Source: Candidatus Moraniibacteriota bacterium
GTDB taxonomy: Bacteria > Patescibacteriota > Minisyncoccia > Moranbacterales > UBA11712
Assembly: GCA_030679895.1 (NCBI GenBank)
Contig: JAUXSN010000047.1
Coordinates: 1,328 to 65,327, forward strand
DNA: 64,000 nucleotides
Direction of reading: 5' to 3'
Made by a program: the position numbers and the translations under genes
The notes under the pieces: generated by a model
Databases searched by the model: none
Seen by the model: only the letters and a program-made list of their open reading frames with translations
What the model was told of the DNA's origin: nothing
Shown: positions 15,459-25,280 of the stretch, in pieces
How positions within the stretch are numbered: the first letter of the stretch is position 1
How the letters are laid out: every line of letters begins with the position of its first letter

Positions 15459-17541
15459 ATTCCAAATGCGCTTCTTTATCCATTTTTTCCAAAGCGCTTT
15501 TCAACACCGGAAATTTTTCAAGTTTCGGGTCGAGCGCGAAAACGGATTGGGCTTCCAAGCGGGCTTGCTGGATGAGCTTCACGTCTCCCAAATGCTTCAT
15601 TGCTCCGTCGGCGATTCCGGATTGGCGCTTTCCGATGAATTCGCCCGGACCGCGGATTTCAAGGTCCCTTTCGGCCAGCTTGAAGCCGTCTTCGGACTCG
15701 ATGAGGGCTTTCAGTCTTTTTTTCGTCGTTTCCGAAGTCGAATCCGTGAGCAAAAAGCAGTACGATTGCGCTTTGCTCCGGCCGACGCGTCCGCGGAATT
15801 GATGAAGCTGGGCGAGCCCAAAGCGATCTGATCCTTCAATGACCATAATCGTCGCGTTCGGAACATCCACGCCGACTTCGATAACGGAAGTGGAAACCAA
15901 AATATCGCACTCTTTATTTTTAAACCGCGCCATCACTTCTTCTTTTGCCTTTGGCTTCATCCGGCCGTGAAGGAGTCCGATTTTAAGATCCGGGAATATT
16001 ATTTCCGACAATTTTTTGTGCTCTTCCATCGCCGCTTTGCCGGCTATTTTTTCCGATTCTTCGATAAGCGGAAAAATGAAAAAAGCTTGGCGGCATTTTT
16101 TTATTTCTAATCGTATAAATTCATAGACTTTGTTTCTATTCTCGGTCGTAACTACTTCTGTAATAATTTTTTTTCGTCCTTTAGGCATCTCGTCGAGAAG
16201 CGAAATGTCAAGATTGCCAAAAAAAGCGAGGGCCAGCGTTCGCGGAATGGGAGTAGCTGTCATGGTGAGAAGATGGGGAACGCTTTTTTTCAGTCCGTCT
16301 TTCAGCTCACTCGCCTGTTTTTGAAGTTTGGCTCTTTGCTCCACTCCAAAACGATGCTGCTCGTCGATGATGACCAGAGCCAGATTTTTGAACTGCACAT
16401 CCTTTTGAATGAGCGCATGCGTGCCGATCAAAATTTTTATCTCGCTTCGACGGATTTTTCCCAAAAAATTTTTCCGGGTATTTTTTTTCCAAACCGTCCG
16501 TATTTCACTTCCGATCAAAAGGCCTACCTTTTGCGAAAAACCTTTGAGAACCTTCCCGAATGTTTCAAAATGCTGTTTGGCCAGCACTTCCGTCGGCGCC
16601 ATAATGGCGGTTTGATATCCGGCCATCATCGCTTCCAGCGCCGCGATCGCCGCGACGACTGTTTTTCCCGAACCGACATCGCCCTCGAGTAGCCGATTCA
16701 TCGGATATGATTTTTCCAAATCCCGCAAAATCTGGAAAGCGGATTTTCTTTGAGCCGTAGTCAGTTTGAAAGAAAGCGTCCCGACAAAATCCTTGATCAG
16801 CTTTTCGTCGAATTTTATGGCAATCGCTTTTGACTCTTCCCAGTTCTTTCGGGCCCGTATGGCGTTGAGCTGAATCAAAAACATTTCGGAAAAAGCGATG
16901 CCTTTCTGCGCTTCTTTCAGCCTTTCGAATGAGTCCGGGAAATGAACTTGGCGCAATGCCTCCCGGAGCCCCGTCAATTTTTGTCTTTTCAGTATCGCGA
17001 TGGGAACGATATCCTCAATCTGAGCCGCCGCGGACTTCAGGATTTCCTGCATTTTCCAGCGGATCCAGCGCGAGGTAATTCCTCGAGTTTCCGGGTACAC
17101 GGGAACAATCCGGCCCGTATTGGTGGGTGCGCGACTGGCAAGCTCATAAGTCGGATTGGAAAAATAGGCGTCTTTGCCGTCCTGTACCAGTTTTCCGCTC
17201 AAACGAATTTTTTTATCCTTCGTGAGAGAGTTTTCGAGGTAGGGCTGATTGAACCAAACCGCCCGGACTGAACCCGAATCGTCCTGGATCAATATTTCAG
17301 TGATGCTCATTTTTTTCCTGTAGGTCCGGATGCTTTTCGCGTCGATTATTTTCCCTTCGACCGTTGAAACAACATCGATTTTGAGATTCCCGATCTTTTC
17401 GATGTTTGAAAGGTCGTCATAACGAAAAGGAAGGTAATATATAAAATCACGGACCGTTTCGATGCCGAGATATTTTAATTTTTCGGCATATTTCGTCCCG
17501 ATCCCGGAAATATATTTTATGGGCGAATTAAGATTTGTCAT
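15457..17541 (-). CDS. recG: ATP-dependent DNA helicase RecG
   Basis: 694 aa. N-terminal wedge/OB region, Walker A GDVGSGKTVVAA, DEQHRFGV, TATPIPRTLA, and helicase C motifs. Confidence 0.9.
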   Translation of the reverse strand: MTNLNSPIKYISGIGTKYAEKLKYLGIETVRDFIYYLPFRYDDLSNIEKIGNLKIDVVSTVEGKIIDAKSIRTYRKKMSITEILIQDDSGSVRAVWFNQPYLENSLTKDKKIRLSGKLVQDGKDAYFSNPTYELASRAPTNTGRIVPVYPETRGITSRWIRWKMQEILKSAAAQIEDIVPIAILKRQKLTGLREALRQVHFPDSFERLKEAQKGIAFSEMFLIQLNAIRARKNWEESKAIAIKFDEKLIKDFVGTLSFKLTTAQRKSAFQILRDLEKSYPMNRLLEGDVGSGKTVVAAIAALEAMMAGYQTAIMAPTEVLAKQHFETFGKVLKGFSQKVGLLIGSEIRTVWKKNTRKNFLGKIRRSEIKILIGTHALIQKDVQFKNLALVIIDEQHRFGVEQRAKLQKQASELKDGLKKSVPHLLTMTATPIPRTLALAFFGNLDISLLDEMPKGRKKIITEVVTTENRNKVYEFIRLEIKKCRQAFFIFPLIEESEKIAGKAAMEEHKKLSEIIFPDLKIGLLHGRMKPKAKEEVMARFKNKECDILVSTSVIEVGVDVPNATIMVIEGSDRFGLAQLHQFRGRVGRSKAQSYCFLLTDSTSETTKKRLKALIESEDGFKLAERDLEIRGPGEFIGKRQSGIADGAMKHLGDVKLIQQARLEAQSVFALDPKLEKFPVLKSALEKMDKEAHLE

Positions 17542-17633
17542 AACTTTATTCTATCGCAGTTCAGATAAAGTATAAAGCGCGACGCAAAAAGACCCTCGCG
17601 GGCCTATTTTTGGCTGAAGCTATAATTTTTTTC

Positions 17634-17710
17634 TGGTGCGCCCGGTAGGACTCGAACCTACAACCTTCTGGTCCGAAGCCAGACACTCTATCCAATTGAG
17701 CTACGGGCGC
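17634..17710 (-). tRNA. tRNA-Arg (TCG)
   Basis: GCGCCCGTAGCTCAATTGGATAGAGT, anticodon stem TCTGG/CCAGA with loop CTTCGGA, T-arm GTAGGTTCGAGTCCTAC, CCA encoded. Confidence 0.8.
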
Positions 17711-17765
17711 AAATACTAAACTAATCTAACAAAAAACGACCGGATGGTCAATGTTTTTCTTATCT

Positions 17766-17826
17766 AAAGCTAAGCTTTTCCCTTACTCGCTATTCGCTCG
17801 CAATTCCTCAAAGCTTAGCTTTTTTA
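17766..17826. repeat. pair of mutually inverted 13-nt palindromes AAAGCTAAGCTTT / AAAGCTTAGCTTT(TTT) downstream of the pilus operon
   Basis: Copies at 17766-17779 and 17810-17826 share the AGCTTAGCT core with the family B element. The second is followed by a T-run and overlaps the stop of the 106-aa gene. Confidence 0.7.
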
Positions 17827-18144
17827 AAAACCTTCTGGATAAAAAATGTCCTTGCCGGTAAATTTATAATCGCTCTCAAGTCTTTCCTTTTTCAACTTGA
17901 TCAGATCGGTAACTTGTCGATAACTCTTCTCATCAAAAGAAAATACGGCCTGTTCTTTGATATACTCCTGTTTTTTTTCTTCGCTCCAATCAGCATTATA
18001 AACAAAGCTTTCCCATATCCAAACGGCGTATGCCGCAACTCCCAATAAAAAAATGAGATAAAGCCAGCGCAAAATGAAAACGCTTGTTTTCCGCAAGATT
18101 TCTTTTCCCCGATCGATTTTTTTCGACTTTTTAATTTCCGTCAT
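17824..18144 (-). CDS. small membrane protein, last gene of the pilM-N-O operon (unknown function)
   Basis: 106 aa with one TM helix (ILRWLYLIFLLGVAAYAVWIW). Its start overlaps the PilO-like gene stop by 14 nt. Confidence 0.5.
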   Translation of the reverse strand: MTEIKKSKKIDRGKEILRKTSVFILRWLYLIFLLGVAAYAVWIWESFVYNADWSEEKKQEYIKEQAVFSFDEKSYRQVTDLIKLKKERLESDYKFTGKDIFYPEGF

Positions 18145-18868
18145 TTGTATTCACGATAATGAGCATTGTCATCTTAATATTTTTGCTTTCCGGAAGCGCC
18201 TCCGGACTAACGGACGGGCTGCCTGCTGAAAGAACTCCTCCTCCCGCCGCCACAGGCGGCTTGGACTTGTTGGCTTCCGTCAAATCCATATTATAAACCA
18301 GGATGAAATAGGGAAGATTTTCCATTTTATCAAGGAAATTTATCGCTGCCGGAAATGTCCCCGTGAGTTCCACGGAAAAACCGATATTTTTTTTGATGTT
18401 TCCGGCTGAATTTTGTTTCTCTTTTTCAGCCGCCTGATCCGCCGCCGCCTGTTCTTCTTTTGTTTTCGGTTTTGCCGCGTCCTCTTCATCGTTTTTCGCC
18501 GCTTTTTTCGGTTCCCCTATTTTCAGCTTATTGAGGTCGGCAGCTTCAATTTTGATCGAATTTGAAGTATCATCGGCTATCTCCTCAAGCGAACGGATAA
18601 AAGGCACAACATCATCTTTCTTGATCAGCATCTTATCCATTTCGCTCTTATTGTTTTCTATATCTTCAAGTTCTTTTTTGAGTTTGGAAATCTTATCTTT
18701 TTTTTCCTGCAGAACCAGCGACTCAAGCTTTTTTTCCTGAATAGTTTCGGCTTTTTCTCTTATCAGCTTCGTTTCATAAAAAAAAGTGAACCATCCGAGA
18801 GCGGCCACGGATAATGCCACTATGGCAATTGTTATGATTATTTTCTTGTCAGGCTTCTTAACCATCAA
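18131..18868 (-). CDS. type IV pilus assembly protein PilO-like
   Basis: N-terminal TM, coiled-coil, a Lys/Glu-rich linker, and a C-terminal PilO-like fold (GFSVELTGTFPAAINFLDKMENLPYFILVYNMDL). Confidence 0.6.
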   Translation of the reverse strand: MMVKKPDKKIIITIAIVALSVAALGWFTFFYETKLIREKAETIQEKKLESLVLQEKKDKISKLKKELEDIENNKSEMDKMLIKKDDVVPFIRSLEEIADDTSNSIKIEAADLNKLKIGEPKKAAKNDEEDAAKPKTKEEQAAADQAAEKEKQNSAGNIKKNIGFSVELTGTFPAAINFLDKMENLPYFILVYNMDLTEANKSKPPVAAGGGVLSAGSPSVSPEALPESKNIKMTMLIIVNTNDGN

Positions 18869-18875
18869 AGGGAAA

Positions 18876-19418
18876 TTAATTTTGATTTAAGTATTTGCTG
18901 TCCACATCCATTTCGATCTCAAAATTGAAATCTTTTTTTGACACGAGATTGGAGTTTGGCGAATTGATGTTTTTGAAACCTTCCGCTTTCAGTCTCTCCT
19001 GAAAATCCAAAAAGGAAGGGTCTCTGTTTTTTGAAAATCCGTTCAGCTTAATATGCTCTTTTTCGACATGGATAATCGTTAAGCGCAGGTCGGAAGGAGC
19101 TATTTCGGATAATTTTTTCATCACTTTCGACCAATGCGGAACGCTGGATGATATTTTATTTATTTTCCGGGCGGACAAGTTCACCTCATTGAAAAATTTT
19201 TCCGTCTGTTTTATCTCCTTATCGGCATAGCCGCTATCCGTATCCTGGACGGAACGAGAGCCAATATCAAGAATAAGACGAGCAGAGAAAAGAACTGCGG
19301 CAAGAACCAGAAGAACAAAAACAAACGAAGCTCCGAAACGTCCGATTATCCCGACTATTTTATCTATTTCTCTTTTTTCTTTCTGCTCATCAGGCAGAAT
19401 ATTCACGTTAATCTTCAT
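18876..19418 (-). CDS. type IV pilus assembly protein PilN-like
   Basis: 180 aa. TM helix after a short cytoplasmic N-terminus, then a periplasmic domain. Position is between the PilM and PilO-like genes. Confidence 0.6.
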   Translation of the reverse strand: MKINVNILPDEQKEKREIDKIVGIIGRFGASFVFVLLVLAAVLFSARLILDIGSRSVQDTDSGYADKEIKQTEKFFNEVNLSARKINKISSSVPHWSKVMKKLSEIAPSDLRLTIIHVEKEHIKLNGFSKNRDPSFLDFQERLKAEGFKNINSPNSNLVSKKDFNFEIEMDVDSKYLNQN

Positions 19419-20481
19419 AATCGAATCCTCTCATTGCTAAACCTATTGGAGTGGAAAAGGGAGACAAGTCTCCCGCGATATTTATGGCCGTATTTTGCTT
19501 GATTCCAAGGCCCATCTCCGGATTGCCTACGATAACCGTCTTCCCCAGCCGCAAAGAAAGATAATCCGCCAGTTCGCGCAGAAGTGATCCTCCTCCGGAA
19601 AGAACAATCCGCTCAACTTTTTCCTGAGCATTGATAGACTCCGAATAAAAACTGATTGATCTGTCTATTTCCACCGCTAAATTTTCAATTAGCGGATTAT
19701 AGATATTATACAGCATGTCATCCTTCTTCATTTTTCCCAAGCCGTATTTTCCTTTCAGCTCTTCCGCTTTTTCATAGCCGATTCCCAGACCCTTTTGCAA
19801 GGCGTCGGTGAAGGTTTTTCCGCAAAGCGGAATACTGGAAGAAAAATAAGGAATTTGATTTTTACAAATCGCGAGACTTGTCTTATCAGCGCCGATATCA
19901 GCGATCAGTATGGGCTCCTTGTTGCTCTCTTTGGAGGTTAGACTTCTGATCGTAGCTATAATATCAACCTCGACGGCCAATGTAATCAGTCCGGAAAGAG
20001 ATACGGCCTGATAATAACCGTCAACCACCTCCTTCGGAACGGCAACCACCAGCACATTATTATTTTTTTCGTTTGAATCAATAATTTGCCAATCCAAATA
20101 TACTTTATCGAGAGACACGGGAATGTTAGCTTCTGTCTCCCACTTCACCGCTTCCGCGGCTTCTTCCCGGGACATTTTGGGAATTTGAATGGTTCTGATA
20201 AAAGACTTGGTTTCGGGAACGGAAAAGACCACAAACTTCGTTTTGATCGGTTTTGGCCGGGATAGTTTCAGCAGTTCCCTTATCTCCTTTGCTAATTCTT
20301 CAGCCTGAACGACCTGCCCGTCTCGTATGATACCTTTCTTCAGGGGCCGAAGATTGCATGCCGCCATCGAAAAGCCGCTTTTGTTTTTTTTCAGCTGAAA
20401 AACCTTGATATAGCTATCTTCTATTTCAAGGCCAAAGCTTTTGGGCTTGATTCCCAGCAAGTTGTATGTCAATAAATTCAT
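19408..20481 (-). CDS. pilM: type IV pilus assembly protein PilM (actin-like ATPase fold)
   Basis: Start set at MNLLTYNLLGIKPKSFGLEIEDSYIKVFQL (ATG at complement 20479-20481). The longer ORF-track version overlaps the upstream gene. Actin-like/FtsA-like motifs are present (ADIGADKTSLAI, VLSGGGSLL). Confidence 0.8.
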   Translation of the reverse strand: MNLLTYNLLGIKPKSFGLEIEDSYIKVFQLKKNKSGFSMAACNLRPLKKGIIRDGQVVQAEELAKEIRELLKLSRPKPIKTKFVVFSVPETKSFIRTIQIPKMSREEAAEAVKWETEANIPVSLDKVYLDWQIIDSNEKNNNVLVVAVPKEVVDGYYQAVSLSGLITLAVEVDIIATIRSLTSKESNKEPILIADIGADKTSLAICKNQIPYFSSSIPLCGKTFTDALQKGLGIGYEKAEELKGKYGLGKMKKDDMLYNIYNPLIENLAVEIDRSISFYSESINAQEKVERIVLSGGGSLLRELADYLSLRLGKTVIVGNPEMGLGIKQNTAINIAGDLSPFSTPIGLAMRGFDYED

Positions 20482-20491
20482 AAAAATCCTC

Positions 20492-22003
20492 CTATAATTC
20501 TTCCCACAAATCAATTTGATATTTGTCCCCAGTTGGAAAAAACGGCGGGGGGTAATATAATAGGTTATTATCAAAAATTATATTGCGGTTGTCATATCCA
20601 GAAACCCACTCCCCGCTTCCGTTAACCCAGGAAAATCCATAGCGCCCATTGGTGATGAGCGCCCCGAAAACGGTGATGGTGTCCCTTTTATAGTATGTCG
20701 GTTCGCTACTGCTGTAATAATCCCTCCCAACTCTTCCCCTCCGCGCCAAAACCGCCGCATCAATTTCAAGATTGTCCTCACTGTAAAGGCCGACCGTCAC
20801 ATTGTCTTGCGCCAGAAGGCCAAGAATATCGCGGCCGTCTTTGTTAGTATACAATATATCGCTGTTGATATAAATATCTTTGTCATGTCCGGGCGGTTCC
20901 GGATCGCCAGGCACGTCTTCCATGAGATCAGCCGCGACAACGGTGAGATGCTCGTCGTCTATCATTCCCTCAACCCAAATATGATTCTCCACGAAAATGA
21001 GCCCGTTATCGGGAACATCGTATGTCACCGCCGGAGTTTCTTCTTCGATTTTGTAGCTCTTTGATCCGTAAGCAACCACCATTGAAACCGATAGCGTGTC
21101 GTTTCCTTCGCCGGGAACGGGATTGAAAATGATGTGGTATCCATTCACCTTTTTGTTTTCCGTCCAGCATTCCCAAACTTTCTTTCTGTTATGCGTCACC
21201 CAGTCACAAACTTGCATATCAGCTTTGTCTTGCCCGAGATAAAGTCCGCCCTCGCCCGGCGCGGAATAATCTTTCGCCAAATTCAGATTGGCAATCACGG
21301 AATTGAAACTTTTTTCCGAAACGGGAAATTTTTTTCCGGCGAGAAACCTTTCCGATTCCGGAGGATTGTTCGTCCAAACTCCATCGTGCCATCCTTTCAC
21401 GTCGTTGTCACTGCTATAGTATGTTTCCGGAAGAGCCGTCACCAGATGATGGGCAATGCCGTCAAACTGCACTCCGCCGTTTGAGTGAATCATGCCATAA
21501 ACTTCCGTTCCAACGCCGAACCTGATGTCGCTGTTTCCCAAAACGACGTATTCGCACCAAGCCGGCTTTCTGAAGCGGACTTGGATTGTTCTTTTTACGT
21601 TCGGGTATTTGTTTGTCCAGCCGGTTGACTTCGCAGTGATTATTGTTGAGCCAGTCGGCGGACGAGTGATTTCGAGTTTGTATTTTCCCAGCACTCCTCC
21701 TGAAGGATCTTTCACTTCCGCTTCATAGGGCTCCGTCACACCGATTGGATTTCCGCTTGTCCAAAACTCATCAACTTCGCGAGCCGTTTTTCCTTCAATT
21801 GTATGAGCCAAATACCAGCGATACCAGTATATTCCTTCTTCCGCCGCTCCGAAAGATTGCTCTTGGGCGCTCACTTTCCGGCTGTTTTTATCTTGAGAAG
21901 CCACAAAAGTAGCCAGCCCCAAAAGTACTGTCGCTCCGATAGCAGCGATAATGACAATAAAAATCAAAACCGAACCTTGACTTCCATATTTTTGATTTAA
22001 CAT
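20492..22003 (-). CDS. PilX-like pilus-associated protein (pseudopilin-type hydrophobic N-terminus, large beta-rich C-terminal domain)
   Basis: N-terminus GSQGSVLIFIVIIAAIGATVLLGLATFVASQ resembles the PilX_N segment. 503 aa. Confidence 0.5.
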   Translation of the reverse strand: MLNQKYGSQGSVLIFIVIIAAIGATVLLGLATFVASQDKNSRKVSAQEQSFGAAEEGIYWYRWYLAHTIEGKTAREVDEFWTSGNPIGVTEPYEAEVKDPSGGVLGKYKLEITRPPTGSTIITAKSTGWTNKYPNVKRTIQVRFRKPAWCEYVVLGNSDIRFGVGTEVYGMIHSNGGVQFDGIAHHLVTALPETYYSSDNDVKGWHDGVWTNNPPESERFLAGKKFPVSEKSFNSVIANLNLAKDYSAPGEGGLYLGQDKADMQVCDWVTHNRKKVWECWTENKKVNGYHIIFNPVPGEGNDTLSVSMVVAYGSKSYKIEEETPAVTYDVPDNGLIFVENHIWVEGMIDDEHLTVVAADLMEDVPGDPEPPGHDKDIYINSDILYTNKDGRDILGLLAQDNVTVGLYSEDNLEIDAAVLARRGRVGRDYYSSSEPTYYKRDTITVFGALITNGRYGFSWVNGSGEWVSGYDNRNIIFDNNLLYYPPPFFPTGDKYQIDLWEEL

Positions 22004-22006
22004 AAT

Positions 22007-22633
22007 TTACCAGTTATCTTTCAAATTCCTAAGCTCCACATACGATTCCAGCCGAACATTGTCGGGCGCGCGGAAAGGATCGAGATTATAATAAATATCA
22101 ATTTTAACGAGGCGTATGCCACTTATCGGTGAAACAGGAGTGGAAAGCGGATTGTTTATTTGGTCAACAGGATAATTCGTGTCGAAATAATAAAATAGCG
22201 GCTGCTCCGCGGTATTGATCACGTGTTCGGCTATGGTTACAACCGTCTGATCCCCCTCCGGATAGGAAGGAGGCGTGCCACTCGGCTCGGTGAGACCCTT
22301 TTTAATTTCTCCGTTTTCAAGAAAATAATGGATTCTTTCCGTTGTTTTATCTTTATCTGCATCGGTAAAAGCAGTGAAACTGAAATTGCCGGCCTCTTCA
22401 ATTGGATATGATCCCGCGTCGGACTGCCGAATTCCCCGCAGTTCCTCAAGCACAACCTTGAGGCTGTGCTGAACCGCATGAGTCGACATTCCCTGCTCCA
22501 TGGCAAACCCATAACGCTTGTAAACTTGCCCCAGAAGATAAGTCGATCCGAACATTATCAAAATAAAAACGAACATCGCAATCAGCATCTCGACAAGCGT
22601 CATTCCTTTTTTCCAGAAAAAATTTTTTTTCAT
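22007..22633 (-). CDS. type IV pilin-like protein (prepilin N-terminal cleavage/methylation domain)
   Basis: Leader MKKNFFWKKG, then MTLVEMLIAMFVFILIMF with Glu at +5. Confidence 0.7.
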   Translation of the reverse strand: MKKNFFWKKGMTLVEMLIAMFVFILIMFGSTYLLGQVYKRYGFAMEQGMSTHAVQHSLKVVLEELRGIRQSDAGSYPIEEAGNFSFTAFTDADKDKTTERIHYFLENGEIKKGLTEPSGTPPSYPEGDQTVVTIAEHVINTAEQPLFYYFDTNYPVDQINNPLSTPVSPISGIRLVKIDIYYNLDPFRAPDNVRLESYVELRNLKDNW

Positions 22634-22656
22634 CTGTTGTAAATCCGTGCTTAAGA

Positions 22657-24045
22657 TTATGGAACTGGCGTTAGGACCATTTCGATTTCTTTTTGGGTGA
22701 GTTGGTTGATTTCAATCGATCCGGAATAATTATCATAACCGCTGGCTGTCACTTCGATACTGTACGGTCCCGAGATCATTGCCACCGGCGGATCCAAATT
22801 CGGCGGGAAATAAACTCTTCCCGAGTTTCCCGTCGTGAGAGTTTGGTCAAAATCAGTTCCATTATAAACGCGAACGCTGGCCCCGCTAATCGGCTCATCG
22901 GTGATCGGATTTTTGACAGTGGCAATGAGAGAGTTGATACTGTTGTCTACAACAAGCAACGTCACCCCAAGACTTTGAACCGGCGAGAGAGAGAAATGAA
23001 GGAGCGGCGCCTCGGTTCCGATAAGAGTATATCCTGATTCAGTGAAATCAACCGTATAATTTCCAGGCGACATATTTTCCAGAACCAAGTTTCCACCGCT
23101 GTCGGTCGAAAGGTCTTGATCGCAATTGAAAACCGATTGCGAAGGAGTGTCTCTTGTCGTTCCGAGAATCCTTCCTCCCTTCAGATGAAAATGCATACTG
23201 GGAACCAAGTTGCTGTTGAGGTCTTCAGAGGTGATGGTTATTGTCCCAGTCTGGTCGGAAATGATGGATTTGCTACTCAAGCCTCCTTCCTCAACTGAAC
23301 CATGGATGTCCGTCGGATCATAGGCCGTCGCGGGATAAGGGGGCAGCGTGGAAACACTTTCATAAGAATCTTTAGAAGTGCTAATTTCATAATTTCGGTC
23401 GCCCGAGGGCATCCCAGCCAACAAAATGCTTCCCGTCGAATCAGTTTGCAGGGTGATATCAACTTGTGGGTTGGAATGACTGTTTACAATGTGCGCTTCG
23501 GTTCCTGATATTCCCTGGCCGGTGCTGTCGATCACATTTAAAACAAAAGTTCCTCCTCCGCTTTCGTTTTCAACGCCATTGGGAACAAAACGCGAAACAA
23601 GAACCACCCCTCTCCCAAATTTTATATCTCCCCAGGTCACTTCGATTCTCGCTTCTTTATAGTCTCTTGAAACCTTGTCATTGGGAGTTCCCCCTGCCAC
23701 TCCATCCAGAGAGTCATCAATATAGATTATTGTCGTTCGCACATTGAATTTTTGGTTGCTTTTCCAGACCGTTTCGTTTTGGGGCAGAACCCCGCTGGGA
23801 ACACCGTCTTGGGTGCCAATATCGCTGTAAGGCATATTACGAACAATTTCCATTTTTTCGTTGGCCAGTTCCGTAGCCGCTACCCGATGCTTGGATCGAG
23901 CTATCGATTTCAAACCTGCATTAAAGGAACCGTATATCGTTACGGTTACTATTGAAAAAATAAAAATCGCCGCAACAACCTCCAAAATCGAGAAGCCTTT
24001 TTTCCCAAAGTTTTGCGCTTTTAGCTTTAAGTTTTGAGTTTTCAT
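22657..24045 (-). CDS. minor pilin-like protein (PilV-like prepilin N-terminus, about 420-aa beta-rich extension)
   Basis: Leader ...KKG, then FSILEVVAAIFIFSIVTV with Glu at +5. Long Ser/Thr/Gly-rich repetitive C-terminal domain. Confidence 0.65.
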   Translation of the reverse strand: MKTQNLKLKAQNFGKKGFSILEVVAAIFIFSIVTVTIYGSFNAGLKSIARSKHRVAATELANEKMEIVRNMPYSDIGTQDGVPSGVLPQNETVWKSNQKFNVRTTIIYIDDSLDGVAGGTPNDKVSRDYKEARIEVTWGDIKFGRGVVLVSRFVPNGVENESGGGTFVLNVIDSTGQGISGTEAHIVNSHSNPQVDITLQTDSTGSILLAGMPSGDRNYEISTSKDSYESVSTLPPYPATAYDPTDIHGSVEEGGLSSKSIISDQTGTITITSEDLNSNLVPSMHFHLKGGRILGTTRDTPSQSVFNCDQDLSTDSGGNLVLENMSPGNYTVDFTESGYTLIGTEAPLLHFSLSPVQSLGVTLLVVDNSINSLIATVKNPITDEPISGASVRVYNGTDFDQTLTTGNSGRVYFPPNLDPPVAMISGPYSIEVTASGYDNYSGSIEINQLTQKEIEMVLTPVP

Positions 24046-24046
24046 A

Positions 24047-25261
24047 TCACATATTCTCCATTACCGAATACATCGGAAGAATCATTGAAATGGCAAAAAA
24101 ACCAACGGCGGAACCGATAATCACCATCAGCACCGGCTCGATGATCGAAGACAAGTTTTTTGTCACTTGATCGATTTCGTCTTCATAAAAATTGGCAAGA
24201 TTCACGAGAACCTCAACGGTTTTCCCCGTTTCTTCTCCCACTTCAACCATTTGTATGGTAAGAACCGGAAAAATTCTTGGATATTTCGTCAATTCCTCAT
24301 GAAGCGATTTCCCTTTTTGAACCTCCTCCCCAATTTGGCGGAAAGCTTTTTGATAAGCATTGTTGGAAAGAGTTCGGGATATTATTTTTAGGGACTCGAC
24401 AACAGACACCCCGCTTTTTGTAAGAGAACTATAGATTCTGGCAAAACGAGCATTGTTTACATTGATAACCACGCTTTTTATGACCGGGATATTGAAAAAT
24501 ATCAAGCCTGAAAACTTTTTTCCCGTTGACGTTTTGAAAAATATTATTAAAGCTATCGCCAATCCCAGCGTACCGAAAAGAACCATCCACTGATGGTTAG
24601 CCATATAATCGCTTGAAGCGATGATCATCCGGGTGGACCAGGGCAGGCCTGTTTTGATATCTGCAAAGATAGTCGTGAGTTTGGGTACCACATAGGTCAT
24701 CATGGCTATTCCGACTCCTATCATAACCAAAATTATAACCGAGGGATAATACATAGCCCCCCTTACTTTGCTTAATAGTTTGTGCTCTTTTTCCAGTTGG
24801 TCGGCAAGAAGCGCCATCACTTCTTCCATATTTCCCCCCATCTCCCCCACTCGAATCATATTTACGGAAAGCTCATCGAAAATCGGGTATTTCTCAAGGC
24901 TGTCGGCCAAATTAGTTCCTGTTTTAATGTCATTTTCCAATTCGACAAGGATTCGGCGGAATCTCTTGTTTTTTGTCTGGCTGCTGATCACCCGGAGCGA
25001 TTTCGGAAGAGAAAGGCCGGAAGAAAGCATCACCCCGAGATGGCGGGCAAACATCATTCTGTCCTTGAGCGAAACTCCGGAAAATATTTTAATCCACGAT
25101 GCTTTCTTGTTTTCCTTGGCTTCTTTTTTTTCCTCTATCGCCGTGACAAAAAAACCTTCCGATCGAAGAGCTTCGACTATTGATCGTTTATCTTTCCCTT
25201 CCAGCTCTCCTCTCCGCACATCTCCTTTGCTATTTTTGGAAACAAAAGCAAATTGTGGCAT
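24047..25261 (-). CDS. pilC: type IV pilus inner-membrane platform protein PilC (GspF family)
   Basis: 404 aa with two GspF-type repeats and 3 TM regions. Lies immediately downstream of pilB. Confidence 0.85.
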   Translation of the reverse strand: MPQFAFVSKNSKGDVRRGELEGKDKRSIVEALRSEGFFVTAIEEKKEAKENKKASWIKIFSGVSLKDRMMFARHLGVMLSSGLSLPKSLRVISSQTKNKRFRRILVELENDIKTGTNLADSLEKYPIFDELSVNMIRVGEMGGNMEEVMALLADQLEKEHKLLSKVRGAMYYPSVIILVMIGVGIAMMTYVVPKLTTIFADIKTGLPWSTRMIIASSDYMANHQWMVLFGTLGLAIALIIFFKTSTGKKFSGLIFFNIPVIKSVVINVNNARFARIYSSLTKSGVSVVESLKIISRTLSNNAYQKAFRQIGEEVQKGKSLHEELTKYPRIFPVLTIQMVEVGEETGKTVEVLVNLANFYEDEIDQVTKNLSSIIEPVLMVIIGSAVGFFAISMILPMYSVMENM

Positions 25262-25280
25262 AAATTTAGAATTGTGAATT